Source: Gammaproteobacteria bacterium RIFCSPHIGHO2_12_FULL_39_24
Lineage (GTDB): Bacteria > Pseudomonadota > Gammaproteobacteria > Coxiellales > Coxiellaceae
Direction of reading: 5' to 3'
Length of the DNA: 64,000 bases
Assembly (NCBI GenBank): GCA_001802455.1
Contig: MGXZ01000020.1
Coordinates: forward strand, 32,742-96,741
Under the pieces are notes generated by a model. It made no database searches. It was not told the origin of the DNA and worked only from the letters and a program-made list of their open reading frames with translations. A program made the translations under genes and the position numbers. Position 1 is the stretch's first letter. Every line of letters begins with the position of its first letter. Positions 43,234 through 51,605 of this stretch are shown piece by piece.

Positions 43234-44043
43234 CTACATCTCCATAAAATCCTTTTCTATAATAGATGAATGATTACCCCACACTTTCCACGGCGCCTTT
43301 TGTTTATTCCACAATGATTCCAATAAAATTTTCTCGCGCAATGTGTCCATCGGCTGCCAAAATCCTTCATGAAAATACGCTTTCATTTGACCCGCTTCAG
43401 CCAACCGACGCATTGGCTCTTGCTCCCACACTGTCGTGTCATCCTTGATATAGTCAATTACTTTAGGAGATAAAATAAAAAATCCGCCATTAATCCAACC
43501 ACCATTTCCCTGGGGTTTTTCTTGAAACCCAACTACGGAAGTTCCTTCTACTTCCAAAGAACCAAAACGAGCGGCTGGTTTAACAGCGCTCACTGTTGCA
43601 AGCTTACCATGCGCTTGATGAAATCGAATTAAATCTTGAATATCAATATCACTCACGCCGTCACCATAAGTGAAACAAAAATCGTCTTCGCCTAAATAAG
43701 ATTGAATGCGTCTTAAACGCCCACCAGTCATTGTTGCTTCACCCGTATCAACTAATGTCACTTTCCATGGTTCGGCATTTTTCTGATGTACATGCATTTG
43801 ATTATGTTCCATGTCAAAAGTAACATCTGACATATGCAAAAAATAATTCGCGAAATATTCTTTAATGACATAACTTTTATAACCAAGACAAATAATAAAA
43901 TCACGAATGCCATATACAGAATAAATTTTCATGATATGCCACAGAATTGGTTTTCCACCGATTTCAACCATAGGCTTTGGTTTGTGATCCGTTTCTTCAC
44001 TAATACGAGTGCCGTACCCACCCGCTAGAATGACCACTTTCAT
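43234..44043 (-). CDS. rfbF: Glucose-1-phosphate cytidylyltransferase
   Basis: [42 protein letters not shown] prefer the ATG at 44043 over the track start at 44067. Confidence 0.88.
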   Translation of the reverse strand: MKVVILAGGYGTRISEETDHKPKPMVEIGGKPILWHIMKIYSVYGIRDFIICLGYKSYVIKEYFANYFLHMSDVTFDMEHNQMHVHQKNAEPWKVTLVDTGEATMTGGRLRRIQSYLGEDDFCFTYGDGVSDIDIQDLIRFHQAHGKLATVSAVKPAARFGSLEVEGTSVVGFQEKPQGNGGWINGGFFILSPKVIDYIKDDTTVWEQEPMRRLAEAGQMKAYFHEGFWQPMDTLREKILLESLWNKQKAPWKVWGNHSSIIEKDFMEM

Positions 44044-44090
44044 GAAAAAACTTCCTATGAAAATCACAACCCATTGAGAAATAAGCAGGC

Positions 44091-44105
44091 CATTCTACTG
44101 AACAA
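44091..44105 (-). promoter_or_regulatory. Conserved leader motif, copy 2 (minus-strand reading TTGTTCAGTAGAATG)
   Basis: It lies in the short gap between the GT2 stop (44107) and the rfbF start, and is identical over 15 nt to 33901..33915. Confidence 0.5.
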
Positions 44106-44106
44106 A

Positions 44107-44898
44107 TCACCACCATACAAGCGCAAGCAATCGACGCTTCACCTTTCTGAAAAAGGTGCCGTCCTGTTCTAAAAATTGTTCGGTATTTTTATTTAAACTG
44201 GTTGGCGTGCGGCGATTTTGGCTGAGTTTTTTATTAATTGGATAAATAGGTGTTAACGCACCACATTTTTCCATAAAAATACCATCCGCATGTGATTCTG
44301 TATCTTTACCTTCTGGCCACCATTCACAATTTGAAATCTTCTCCACTAAACTTCGACGATGACAAAATTGCAAATAATCCACTTTGTTATCCAACCGAAC
44401 ACCACCACAACATTTTCCCGCTTTTTTCAGCGCTAATCGTTGACCAAAAATTTTTGTTTTTCCATCAGGATAAACCACGCTATAATCTTGTGAGGCATAC
44501 ATCGCTTCTACGGTTGGATTAGATTGCGCAAATTCTACCAATGTTGCAAAGGCATTCGGATAAAAAATATCATCATCAGAAAGATAAACAATTAAATCAC
44601 CTTTCACTTTTCCGTTACGAAAACATTCATTAAAACACCATGGCGCCATCGCTTTTGTTTTTCGAATTATTGCTGTTTCTGTTGAACGAATTAATTGAAT
44701 ACGTGAATCGGTTATCCAAGAAAACTGATGGTAATATCCTTGATCGTACAGCACGCCACTATCAACCAAAAGACATTCCCAATTTTGATATGTTTGATTT
44801 AATAAACTCTGCACGGCTTCATGGCAAATATCAGGTTTATTGTGACTGACTAAAATGCAACTGACTAACATAAATAATTTTCCAACGCTATCTCCCAA
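44107..44898 (-). CDS. GT2-family glycosyltransferase
   Basis: 263-aa ORF with ILVSHNKPDICHEAVQSLLNQTYQNWECLLVDSG and LSDDD. An alternative start lies at 44871. Confidence 0.8.
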   Translation of the reverse strand: MGDSVGKLFMLVSCILVSHNKPDICHEAVQSLLNQTYQNWECLLVDSGVLYDQGYYHQFSWITDSRIQLIRSTETAIIRKTKAMAPWCFNECFRNGKVKGDLIVYLSDDDIFYPNAFATLVEFAQSNPTVEAMYASQDYSVVYPDGKTKIFGQRLALKKAGKCCGGVRLDNKVDYLQFCHRRSLVEKISNCEWWPEGKDTESHADGIFMEKCGALTPIYPINKKLSQNRRTPTSLNKNTEQFLEQDGTFFRKVKRRLLALVWW

Positions 44899-45728
44899 TG
44901 CGGAATTTCTCCTATCACTTCACTGATTTTTTTATTACTTAAAACACTATACGGTGGTCGCATCGCGATGGTTGGAAATTGCGATGAAGCAATAGGATCA
45001 ACGACCGCAGTAATCTTGGTTTTCTCGATAATTTTTTTTGCAAATTCATACCACGTTGCTTGACCCGAATTCACAACATGATACGTTCCTGCAACACCTT
45101 GTGATTTTAAAAAACAAAATAAAATACGGGCGACTTCCGCCGTTGAAGTGGGTGACATGACTTGATCATTCACAACCGATATCTTTCCTTTTTCTTTCGC
45201 AAGACGAATCATAGTCTCAACAAAATTACCGCCTTTTCCGCTTGCACCGGCAATACCAAATAATGACGCAACGCGAAAAATAATGGTGTCATGATGATTG
45301 ATCAATGCTAATTTTTCACCCATTAATTTTGATGCACCATATACATTTAATGGCGCAGGATTATTTTTTTCAGTCAGTGGTTCACGCTCTTCCCCACCGC
45401 CAAAAACATAATCTGTACTCACATGCACAAACCGTGTTTTTTTTTCGTGACACACTTTCGCCATTTCACGTACCGCAAATGCATTAATTAAAAATGCTTT
45501 ATCGGCATGCGATTCCACCTCATCGGTTTTGTGATAACCAGTGCAATTAATTAATATGTCAAATGAATGTGATGTTAATTTTGCTTGTATTTCTGCTAGA
45601 TTGCTGATATCTAATTCAGCGCGCGTCCAATTTGTCAGCGAAAAATCTGGTTTATTTTTTTCAAATTCACGACAAATATCCGTTCCCAATTGTCCATTTG
45701 CACCCAGTAATAATAAATGCATCATCAA
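44865..45728 (-). CDS. rfbD: dTDP-4-dehydrorhamnose reductase
   Basis: 287-aa ORF with LLLGANGQLG, STDYVFGG and YGASKLMGE. Confidence 0.85.
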   Translation of the reverse strand: MMMHLLLLGANGQLGTDICREFEKNKPDFSLTNWTRAELDISNLAEIQAKLTSHSFDILINCTGYHKTDEVESHADKAFLINAFAVREMAKVCHEKKTRFVHVSTDYVFGGGEEREPLTEKNNPAPLNVYGASKLMGEKLALINHHDTIIFRVASLFGIAGASGKGGNFVETMIRLAKEKGKISVVNDQVMSPTSTAEVARILFCFLKSQGVAGTYHVVNSGQATWYEFAKKIIEKTKITAVVDPIASSQFPTIAMRPPYSVLSNKKISEVIGEIPHWEIALENYLC

Positions 45729-45731
45729 ACC

Positions 45732-46283
45732 TCAAAAATTAATTTCCGCATCGCGCAGCAAGGGTGCGTGTTTATCTTTTTCTGATAATTGAATGCCATC
45801 CAAAAACGGCCATGCAATATTAATAACAGAATCATTCCACAAAATTTGTCGATCGTCTGCAGGCGAATACTCATTGGTTGCGCGATAAAGCAAATGGGTA
45901 TTTTCTTCCAATACCAACACACCATGCGCAAATCCTTCTGGCACCCACAACATATGATGATTGTCGGCAGTTAAGATTGCAGAAACCCATTTTCCAAACG
46001 TGGGTGAATTTTTTCTAATATCCACCGCAACATCAAATACCGAACCGGATATGACACGCACCAATTTACCCTGCATTTTAGGATGTAATTGATAATGTAA
46101 TCCACGCAACACGCCACGACCTGATGACGAATAATTATCTTGCTGAAAATCACCCACAATACCATTTGCTTCAAAATCACTGCGTTTATACGTTTCCATA
46201 AAAAATCCACGATCATCATTGAAGACGCGTGGTTTTATTAAAATAACGTCAGGAATAACTTGTTTAATAAATTCAAATGGCAT
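45732..46283 (-). CDS. rfbC: dTDP-4-dehydrorhamnose 3,5-epimerase
   Basis: DDRGFFMETY, RGLHYQ, KLVRVISGSVFDVAVDIR and PEGFAHGV. I prefer the start at ATG 46283 (MPFEFIK). Confidence 0.88.
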   Translation of the reverse strand: MPFEFIKQVIPDVILIKPRVFNDDRGFFMETYKRSDFEANGIVGDFQQDNYSSSGRGVLRGLHYQLHPKMQGKLVRVISGSVFDVAVDIRKNSPTFGKWVSAILTADNHHMLWVPEGFAHGVLVLEENTHLLYRATNEYSPADDRQILWNDSVINIAWPFLDGIQLSEKDKHAPLLRDAEINF

Positions 46284-46312
46284 GTGCTCACCTCTTCTCA
46301 CTTACCGCTTTA

Positions 46313-46513
46313 ATGAATTAAGCGCTGATTTCTTTACATCCGCTCGCAGATGATATAACTGCTTTAAACATCTGAATGCTTGCGGGTGACTTGGGCATAT
46401 CTATTTTTCGTGAACATGACACAAAAATAAATATGCCCAATTTCCCACTCGCTTGAAAGTTTATCAAAGCAGTCATATCATCACTCACTACTTCAAGTCA
46501 GCGCTTAATTCAT
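46313..46513. repeat. Palindromic MITE/REP-like element, copy C (201-bp long form)
   Basis: Terminal inverted repeats are ATGAATTAAGCGCTGA (46313..46328) and TCAGCGCTTAATTCAT (46498..46513). A nested imperfect inverted repeat pairs 46349..46369 with 46459..46482. The inner perfect 10-bp stem TTGGGCATAT / ATATGCCCAA flanks the core TTTTTCGTGAACATGACACAAAAA. Confidence 0.9.
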
Positions 46514-46530
46514 TTCAGCATTATTCACAT

Positions 46531-47559
46531 TTAAATATTAATCATCCCATTATGCAATTCCAGTTTTTTAATAATCGGGTACCACTTTTCGAGATCCTTA
46601 TACCAATCTAATGTGATGGTTGTTTCGGTGCGATCTAATTCACCCGACATTAATTTTTCCAAAATTTGTTCCACCCCTTTTTGCGCCGTCCACTGTGGTT
46701 CCCACTTTAATTTATTTTTAATTTTATCGAATGACACATAATAACTACGATGATCTATATCACCATACCACTGAATTTCCACGTCTTTTTTCGTTTTTTC
46801 TCGAACAACTTTCGCAATCATTTCCGCAAGTGGGCCAACTTGATAATTCATCGCATCACCACCAACATTAAAAATTTCTCCATTTATTTTTTCAGTAGAT
46901 GCTATTAACAACATCAACATCACATCCGTCGTATCATCGATATGAACCATGGGGCGATATTGTTTTCCATCGCGCATTAAAGGCAATATCCCATTTTTCC
47001 ATGCGCTTTGCGTCATTGCATTAATCGCTAAATCAAAACGCATGCGCGGACTATATCCAAACACAGTGGATTGACGCATGACCGTAACCATAAATTGATT
47101 ATCCGCTAATCGCAACACATCTTGTTCCGCTTTTTCATTTGCTTTTGCGTACGTGGTGAGTGGATTTGTTTTTGCAGTTTCACTTACCTTATTATCTTGA
47201 AAACCATAAATGCTACAACTCGACGGCAAAATATAACGTGAAACACCCGCAGCTTTTGCAAGTTTTGCGGCGTTTGCGCGCGCAACATGATTAATTTCCC
47301 AAGTTGCTTTATCAAACACCTCACCCGCCGGATCATTTGAAATCGCAACCAAATCAATCACAGCATCAATATTATGAAAATGCGACTGATTTAAACATCG
47401 CGCATCTTCTCGAATTATTCTTAAATTGGGATGCGCTGCTATTTTTTCTGCGCCAAAAAAATAACGATCGATTGCATGAACACCATAACCTGCATTTAAT
47501 AATTTCGGCACCAAAACACAACCAATATATCCACCTGCCCCGGTTACCAACACCCTCAT
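46531..47559 (-). CDS. NAD-dependent nucleotide-sugar epimerase/reductase (extended SDR)
   Basis: 342-aa ORF with VLVTGAGGYIGCVL, SSCSIYG and YAKANEK. Confidence 0.82.
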   Translation of the reverse strand: MRVLVTGAGGYIGCVLVPKLLNAGYGVHAIDRYFFGAEKIAAHPNLRIIREDARCLNQSHFHNIDAVIDLVAISNDPAGEVFDKATWEINHVARANAAKLAKAAGVSRYILPSSCSIYGFQDNKVSETAKTNPLTTYAKANEKAEQDVLRLADNQFMVTVMRQSTVFGYSPRMRFDLAINAMTQSAWKNGILPLMRDGKQYRPMVHIDDTTDVMLMLLIASTEKINGEIFNVGGDAMNYQVGPLAEMIAKVVREKTKKDVEIQWYGDIDHRSYYVSFDKIKNKLKWEPQWTAQKGVEQILEKLMSGELDRTETTITLDWYKDLEKWYPIIKKLELHNGMINI

Positions 47560-48767
47560 TTTACTTTCTCCATAATATGTTTACGCACAATATGTTCCGC
47601 TATTGCCATGGATGAAGTAAATGCGGGTGAAATGGCATTTAATAAATGCAGCGAATGATCGGTTTCTTCAAACACATAATCCATCACCAATTCTTTTGTT
47701 TTCCAGTTTACCAATTGTGGTCTGATTCCCACTTTCGAACAATTCACCAACCAATCTGATTGTAATTCTTTTACTAATGATTTTGCGCAGCGATAAAAAT
47801 ACGATTTAAAATATTTTCTTGGCTCTGTTAAAGCAACTTGTCTGAATTTTTTATTAGTGAAAAATAAATTGGTGGATTTGGCAATAATAGATCCTAATTC
47901 AACATCCATACCTGATAAAATACCGTAATTTTCGCGACCAAAAGCAGGAATGGCAGTAGGTCCAATATACACATCACTATGAATATTTTTAGTAAAATGC
48001 ACACCCAAAAAAGGATTGTGAATATCAGGAACAGGGTAGATATTGCCATTTAAGCGATAAATTTGATCTTGTTTTAATTTACGATAAATTCCTTTAAAGG
48101 GAATCATCACAAATTGTTGTGCGATACCAAAATGCTGCGCAACTTTTTCAGCATACGCACCCGCTGCATTAATTAAAAAATCAAAATGAATAAGTTGATG
48201 ATTAGTTATTGCGATATTGTTTACTTTCAAACCAATTAATTTTTCGTTAAATAAAAAACGCACTTTTTTTGAAGCAAGTAATGTTTGTTTGAGTGATTGC
48301 ATAATTCGCTTAGGATCCACAACAGCGGTGTTATATGAATATAGCGCTTTTTCATGTGTTTTCGCCCAAGGTTCAATTTCTGAAAGTTGTTTTTCATCAA
48401 TTAATTCAACTTTTGCGCCATTGTCTGTTGCACGTTCGAATAATGTATACAGTGTTTTTAATTCTTCTGTATTTTTTGCCACCACTACTTTACCACAATG
48501 ATGAATCGGTAACTGATGTTGCTCACAATACGCCTGCATTTTTAGATTACCGGTTAAACAAAATTTCGCCTTAAGCGAATCTTGCACGTAATAAATGCCA
48601 GCATGCAGAACACCGCTGTTTCGTCCAGAAGCATGCAATGCCAATTCTGATTCTTTTTCAAGAATCAAAATATCATCACAACCATGGGATAGAAGTTCGC
48701 GTGCAATCGTGAGAGACAATATACCGCCGCCTACAATTAAGATGCACGCGCTTTCTTGTACAGTCAT
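47556..48767 (-). CDS. FAD-dependent oxidoreductase, L-2-hydroxyglutarate oxidase (LhgO)-like DAO family
   Basis: 403-aa ORF with ILIVGGGILSLTIAREL, LEKESELALHASGRNSGVLHAGIYY and C-terminal LLNAISPAFTSSMAIAEHI. Confidence 0.75.
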   Translation of the reverse strand: MTVQESACILIVGGGILSLTIARELLSHGCDDILILEKESELALHASGRNSGVLHAGIYYVQDSLKAKFCLTGNLKMQAYCEQHQLPIHHCGKVVVAKNTEELKTLYTLFERATDNGAKVELIDEKQLSEIEPWAKTHEKALYSYNTAVVDPKRIMQSLKQTLLASKKVRFLFNEKLIGLKVNNIAITNHQLIHFDFLINAAGAYAEKVAQHFGIAQQFVMIPFKGIYRKLKQDQIYRLNGNIYPVPDIHNPFLGVHFTKNIHSDVYIGPTAIPAFGRENYGILSGMDVELGSIIAKSTNLFFTNKKFRQVALTEPRKYFKSYFYRCAKSLVKELQSDWLVNCSKVGIRPQLVNWKTKELVMDYVFEETDHSLHLLNAISPAFTSSMAIAEHIVRKHIMEKVK

Positions 48768-48864
48768 CTTGAATTATTCCATGGTTAAATCGCGCAATAA
48801 TACCGCGACTTCTCAAAAAAAACACGTATAATTGCGACACTCCTTATTTTTGTGAGAGTGAATA

Positions 48865-49803
48865 GTGAATACAAACTCAACTCCCTGTGTCGCAATATTG
48901 TTAGCCACCTATAATGGCCAAGTTTTTTTACCAGAACAACTCAATTCTTTTCTGTCTCAAACGCACAGTAATTGGAAAATTCTTGCATCCGATGATGGTT
49001 CATGTGATCAAACACTCACAATACTAGAGCAATTCAGGATGGATCACGGCACAGAAAAATTATCTATTGTGAGTGGTCCTGGAAAAGGATTTGTGGCAAA
49101 TTTCTTTTCAATGGTTTGTAGTGAGACTTGTTCGGCTGATTATTATGCTTTTTCAGACCAAGATGATGTGTGGGAAAATGATAAATTGCAGCGCGCTATT
49201 GATTGGTTAAAAACCATTCCCAACAATACTCCCGCCTTATATTGTGCACGCACGCGCTTAGTTGATCAAGATAATCGTGAAATTGGTTTATCACCTTTAT
49301 TCCCTAAAAAACCCTGTTTTGAAAATGCGTTGGTGCAAAGTATTGCGGGTGGTAACACTATGGTTTTTAATGATGCAGCACGATGTTTATTTAAAACAGT
49401 AAGTGATAATACAGAACTCAATAGTCATGATTGGTGGTATTACATTATAATCACAGGATTAGGTGGTCAATTTTTTTATGACCATCATTGCTCGCTGCGC
49501 TATCGTCAACATAGTGGTAATTTAACAGGGATGAACACTTCTTTTTCCGCTAAATTATTTCGCATTCGTATGTTGTTTGAGGGTCGATTTAAAAAATGGA
49601 ATGATGAAAATATGATGATGCTGGCAAAGTCACAACATCTGCTCACACCAGAAAATAAAATTATTTTTGATCGGTTTGTTCAGGCTAGAAAAAGTAATTT
49701 ATTTTCGCGGCTCATTGTGTTTTTTATTAAAATTAAAATTCATCGTCAGACTTTTTTTGGAAATATCGCATTAATTGCAGCAGCGATTGTTAATAAGGTG
49801 TAA
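48865..49803 (+). CDS. GT2-family glycosyltransferase (rhamnosyltransferase-like)
   Basis: 312-aa ORF with a GTG start. It contains VAILLATYNGQVFLPEQLNSFLSQTHSNWKILASDDGS and FSDQDDVW. It is divergent from 47556..48767 across a 97-nt gap that contains TATAAT (about 48828). Confidence 0.8.
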   Translation: MNTNSTPCVAILLATYNGQVFLPEQLNSFLSQTHSNWKILASDDGSCDQTLTILEQFRMDHGTEKLSIVSGPGKGFVANFFSMVCSETCSADYYAFSDQDDVWENDKLQRAIDWLKTIPNNTPALYCARTRLVDQDNREIGLSPLFPKKPCFENALVQSIAGGNTMVFNDAARCLFKTVSDNTELNSHDWWYYIIITGLGGQFFYDHHCSLRYRQHSGNLTGMNTSFSAKLFRIRMLFEGRFKKWNDENMMMLAKSQHLLTPENKIIFDRFVQARKSNLFSRLIVFFIKIKIHRQTFFGNIALIAAAIVNKV

Positions 49804-50682
49804 TCACACAAACATTTTCTGCTTCAATAAATTCATCAAATACTGCCCATAACCCATTTTCAAAAGAGGTGTGGCGAGTTTTTGAAGTTGTGCATCATCG
49901 ATATACCCTTTTCGCCATGCGATTTCCTCTGGACACATAATGCGAAGTCCTTGGCGTTTTTCTAAAATTGAAACATATTGTGCTGCATCCAGTAATGATT
50001 GATGCGTTCCGGTATCTAGCCACGCATAACCACGATGCATTAATTCCACTTTTAATTTATTTTGTTGTAAATAAATTTTATTCACATCGGTAATTTCTAA
50101 TTCATGTCTGGCTGATGGATGAAGTGATTTTGCAATCGACACCACATTGTTATCATAAAAATATAAACCGGTAATTGCATAATTTGATTTTGGTAGTACT
50201 GGCTTTTCAATTATATCAATCACATTACCATTTTGATCAAACTCAACAACACCATAACGCTCAGGATCATTGACATAATACCCAAACACCGTTGCACCCA
50301 GTATTTCATCTCGTGCTTTGGTGAGCATCGCTTCAAGTCCAGTGCCATAAAAAATATTATCACCCAAAATTAAAGCGACAGGATTATTTCCAATGAATTT
50401 TTCACCCAATATAAACGCTTGCGCTAACCCATCCGGTGAAGGTTGTTCAATATAAGAAAATGAAACACCCCATTGTGAACCGTCCTTTAATAATTTTTTA
50501 TAATGGGGTAAATCGTTTGGTGTTGAGATAATTAAAATATCGTTGATGTGCGCAAGCAGTAAAGTAGAGAGCGCATAGTAAATCATGGGTTTATCAAAAA
50601 TAGGGAGTAATTGTTTGCTCACCACTTGTGTTAACGGATAAAGTCGCGTGCCTAAACCACCCGCTAAAATAATTCCTTTCAT
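49804..50682 (-). CDS. rfbA: Glucose-1-phosphate thymidylyltransferase
   Basis: [36 protein letters not shown]. The ATG at 50682 is preferred because it avoids overlap with the upstream lipoprotein gene. Confidence 0.9.
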   Translation of the reverse strand: MKGIILAGGLGTRLYPLTQVVSKQLLPIFDKPMIYYALSTLLLAHINDILIISTPNDLPHYKKLLKDGSQWGVSFSYIEQPSPDGLAQAFILGEKFIGNNPVALILGDNIFYGTGLEAMLTKARDEILGATVFGYYVNDPERYGVVEFDQNGNVIDIIEKPVLPKSNYAITGLYFYDNNVVSIAKSLHPSARHELEITDVNKIYLQQNKLKVELMHRGYAWLDTGTHQSLLDAAQYVSILEKRQGLRIMCPEEIAWRKGYIDDAQLQKLATPLLKMGYGQYLMNLLKQKMFV

Positions 50683-50689
50683 GATATTC

Positions 50690-50914
50690 TCAATTGGTGA
50701 TTGTTTCACAATGTGTCGAACACCAACCATTATGACACCATTGATTGCATTTTTGATTTTGCGGTGGTGTGGTTGTTGTTTGTGGCGTAGTTGTTTTTAT
50801 TGAACCCGCATTTTTATTAGAAATATTGGTTAAATAGTGCTGACCCCAATTACCACAACCAGTGAGTGATAACACACTTATCACAATAGTAAATAAAATA
50901 ATTATTCTTTTCAT
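50690..50914 (-). CDS. Small lipoprotein with a Thr/Pro tract and a Cys-rich C-terminus
   Basis: 74-aa ORF with a signal peptide and lipobox LSLTGC. This is followed by [15 protein letters not shown] and [14 protein letters not shown]. Confidence 0.55.
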   Translation of the reverse strand: MKRIIILFTIVISVLSLTGCGNWGQHYLTNISNKNAGSIKTTTPQTTTTPPQNQKCNQWCHNGWCSTHCETITN

Positions 50915-50931
50915 ACTATCCTTTTAAAAAA

Positions 50932-51336
50932 TTAGGATTGCGAACACGAATCTGGGTTGACGTGACAGCCGCCCAATCCGCTATTGTGTCGACACGCATC
51001 ACGTGCACCATTAATCGCAATTTGTTTACTAAATGAAGTCCAATACCATGTGCCTTGTTTTGGCGCCTGTGCATTCTCTTTCACAGTTGGGATCGTGTCA
51101 TGTGATAAACACCGCCAATATTCACGTGGTGGAAAACAAACAATCTCGCAAGGCTTGTGGTCATTGTAATAAACACATGCCCGCTCAACTGCTCTACGCG
51201 TCTCTAAATGATTAAGACCGTATTGATTCCACACAGCGCCATTCACGTTACTCGCTGTACAGTGCCACAACGGCGTTGCTAAGCTAATGGATGAAAATAC
51301 AGTAGGTAAAGTGAGTAGTAGAATGCGTTTCAACAT
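50932..51336 (-). CDS. Small secreted Cys-rich protein
   Basis: The likely start is the ATG at 51336 (MLKRILLLTLPTVFSSISLA, signal-peptide-like). The mature part contains 8 Cys. I recognise no family. Confidence 0.5.
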   Translation of the reverse strand: MLKRILLLTLPTVFSSISLATPLWHCTASNVNGAVWNQYGLNHLETRRAVERACVYYNDHKPCEIVCFPPREYWRCLSHDTIPTVKENAQAPKQGTWYWTSFSKQIAINGARDACRHNSGLGGCHVNPDSCSQS

Positions 51337-51549
51337 AGATGAAATTCCAAAATAGAAAATCATACTGTGTTAGGTTGAATTACTCAATACTCACAACACC
51401 ATATATCTATATCTTTATTCTTAGATATTTAAGTAGTAGTAGTTATATAGGCTTTTTTCTGTGTATAACTCTATAATAGTTAAATTAATTATAGTGTTGT
51501 AATTAAATTTATGTTTTGTAAAAGTGGTCTGGTTTAGTGTTGATAATTT

Positions 51550-51558
51550 TGTGGATAA
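51550..51558 (-). promoter_or_regulatory. Perfect DnaA-box 9-mer (TTATCCACA on the minus strand)
   Basis: TGTGGATAA on the plus strand, in the AT-rich 242-nt gap between rsmB and the Cys-rich protein gene. Confidence 0.4.
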
Positions 51559-51605
51559 CTTTACCTACTGATTTATACCGACTTTTCTTTATGGTAATAC
51601 CGATC

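Noticed and set aside
33901-44105. Calling the shared leader motif a bona fide RfaH ops element
   Set aside because: The canonical GGCGGTAG core is not present. Only the GTAG..TG skeleton matches (7 of 12 positions). It is reported as a conserved motif of unknown function instead.
2481-46513. Treating the repeated palindromic elements as a CRISPR array
   Set aside because: The copies are tens of kb apart and differ in length (125-201 bp). They are internally palindromic with terminal inverted repeats. There are no regularly spaced direct repeats and no cas genes.
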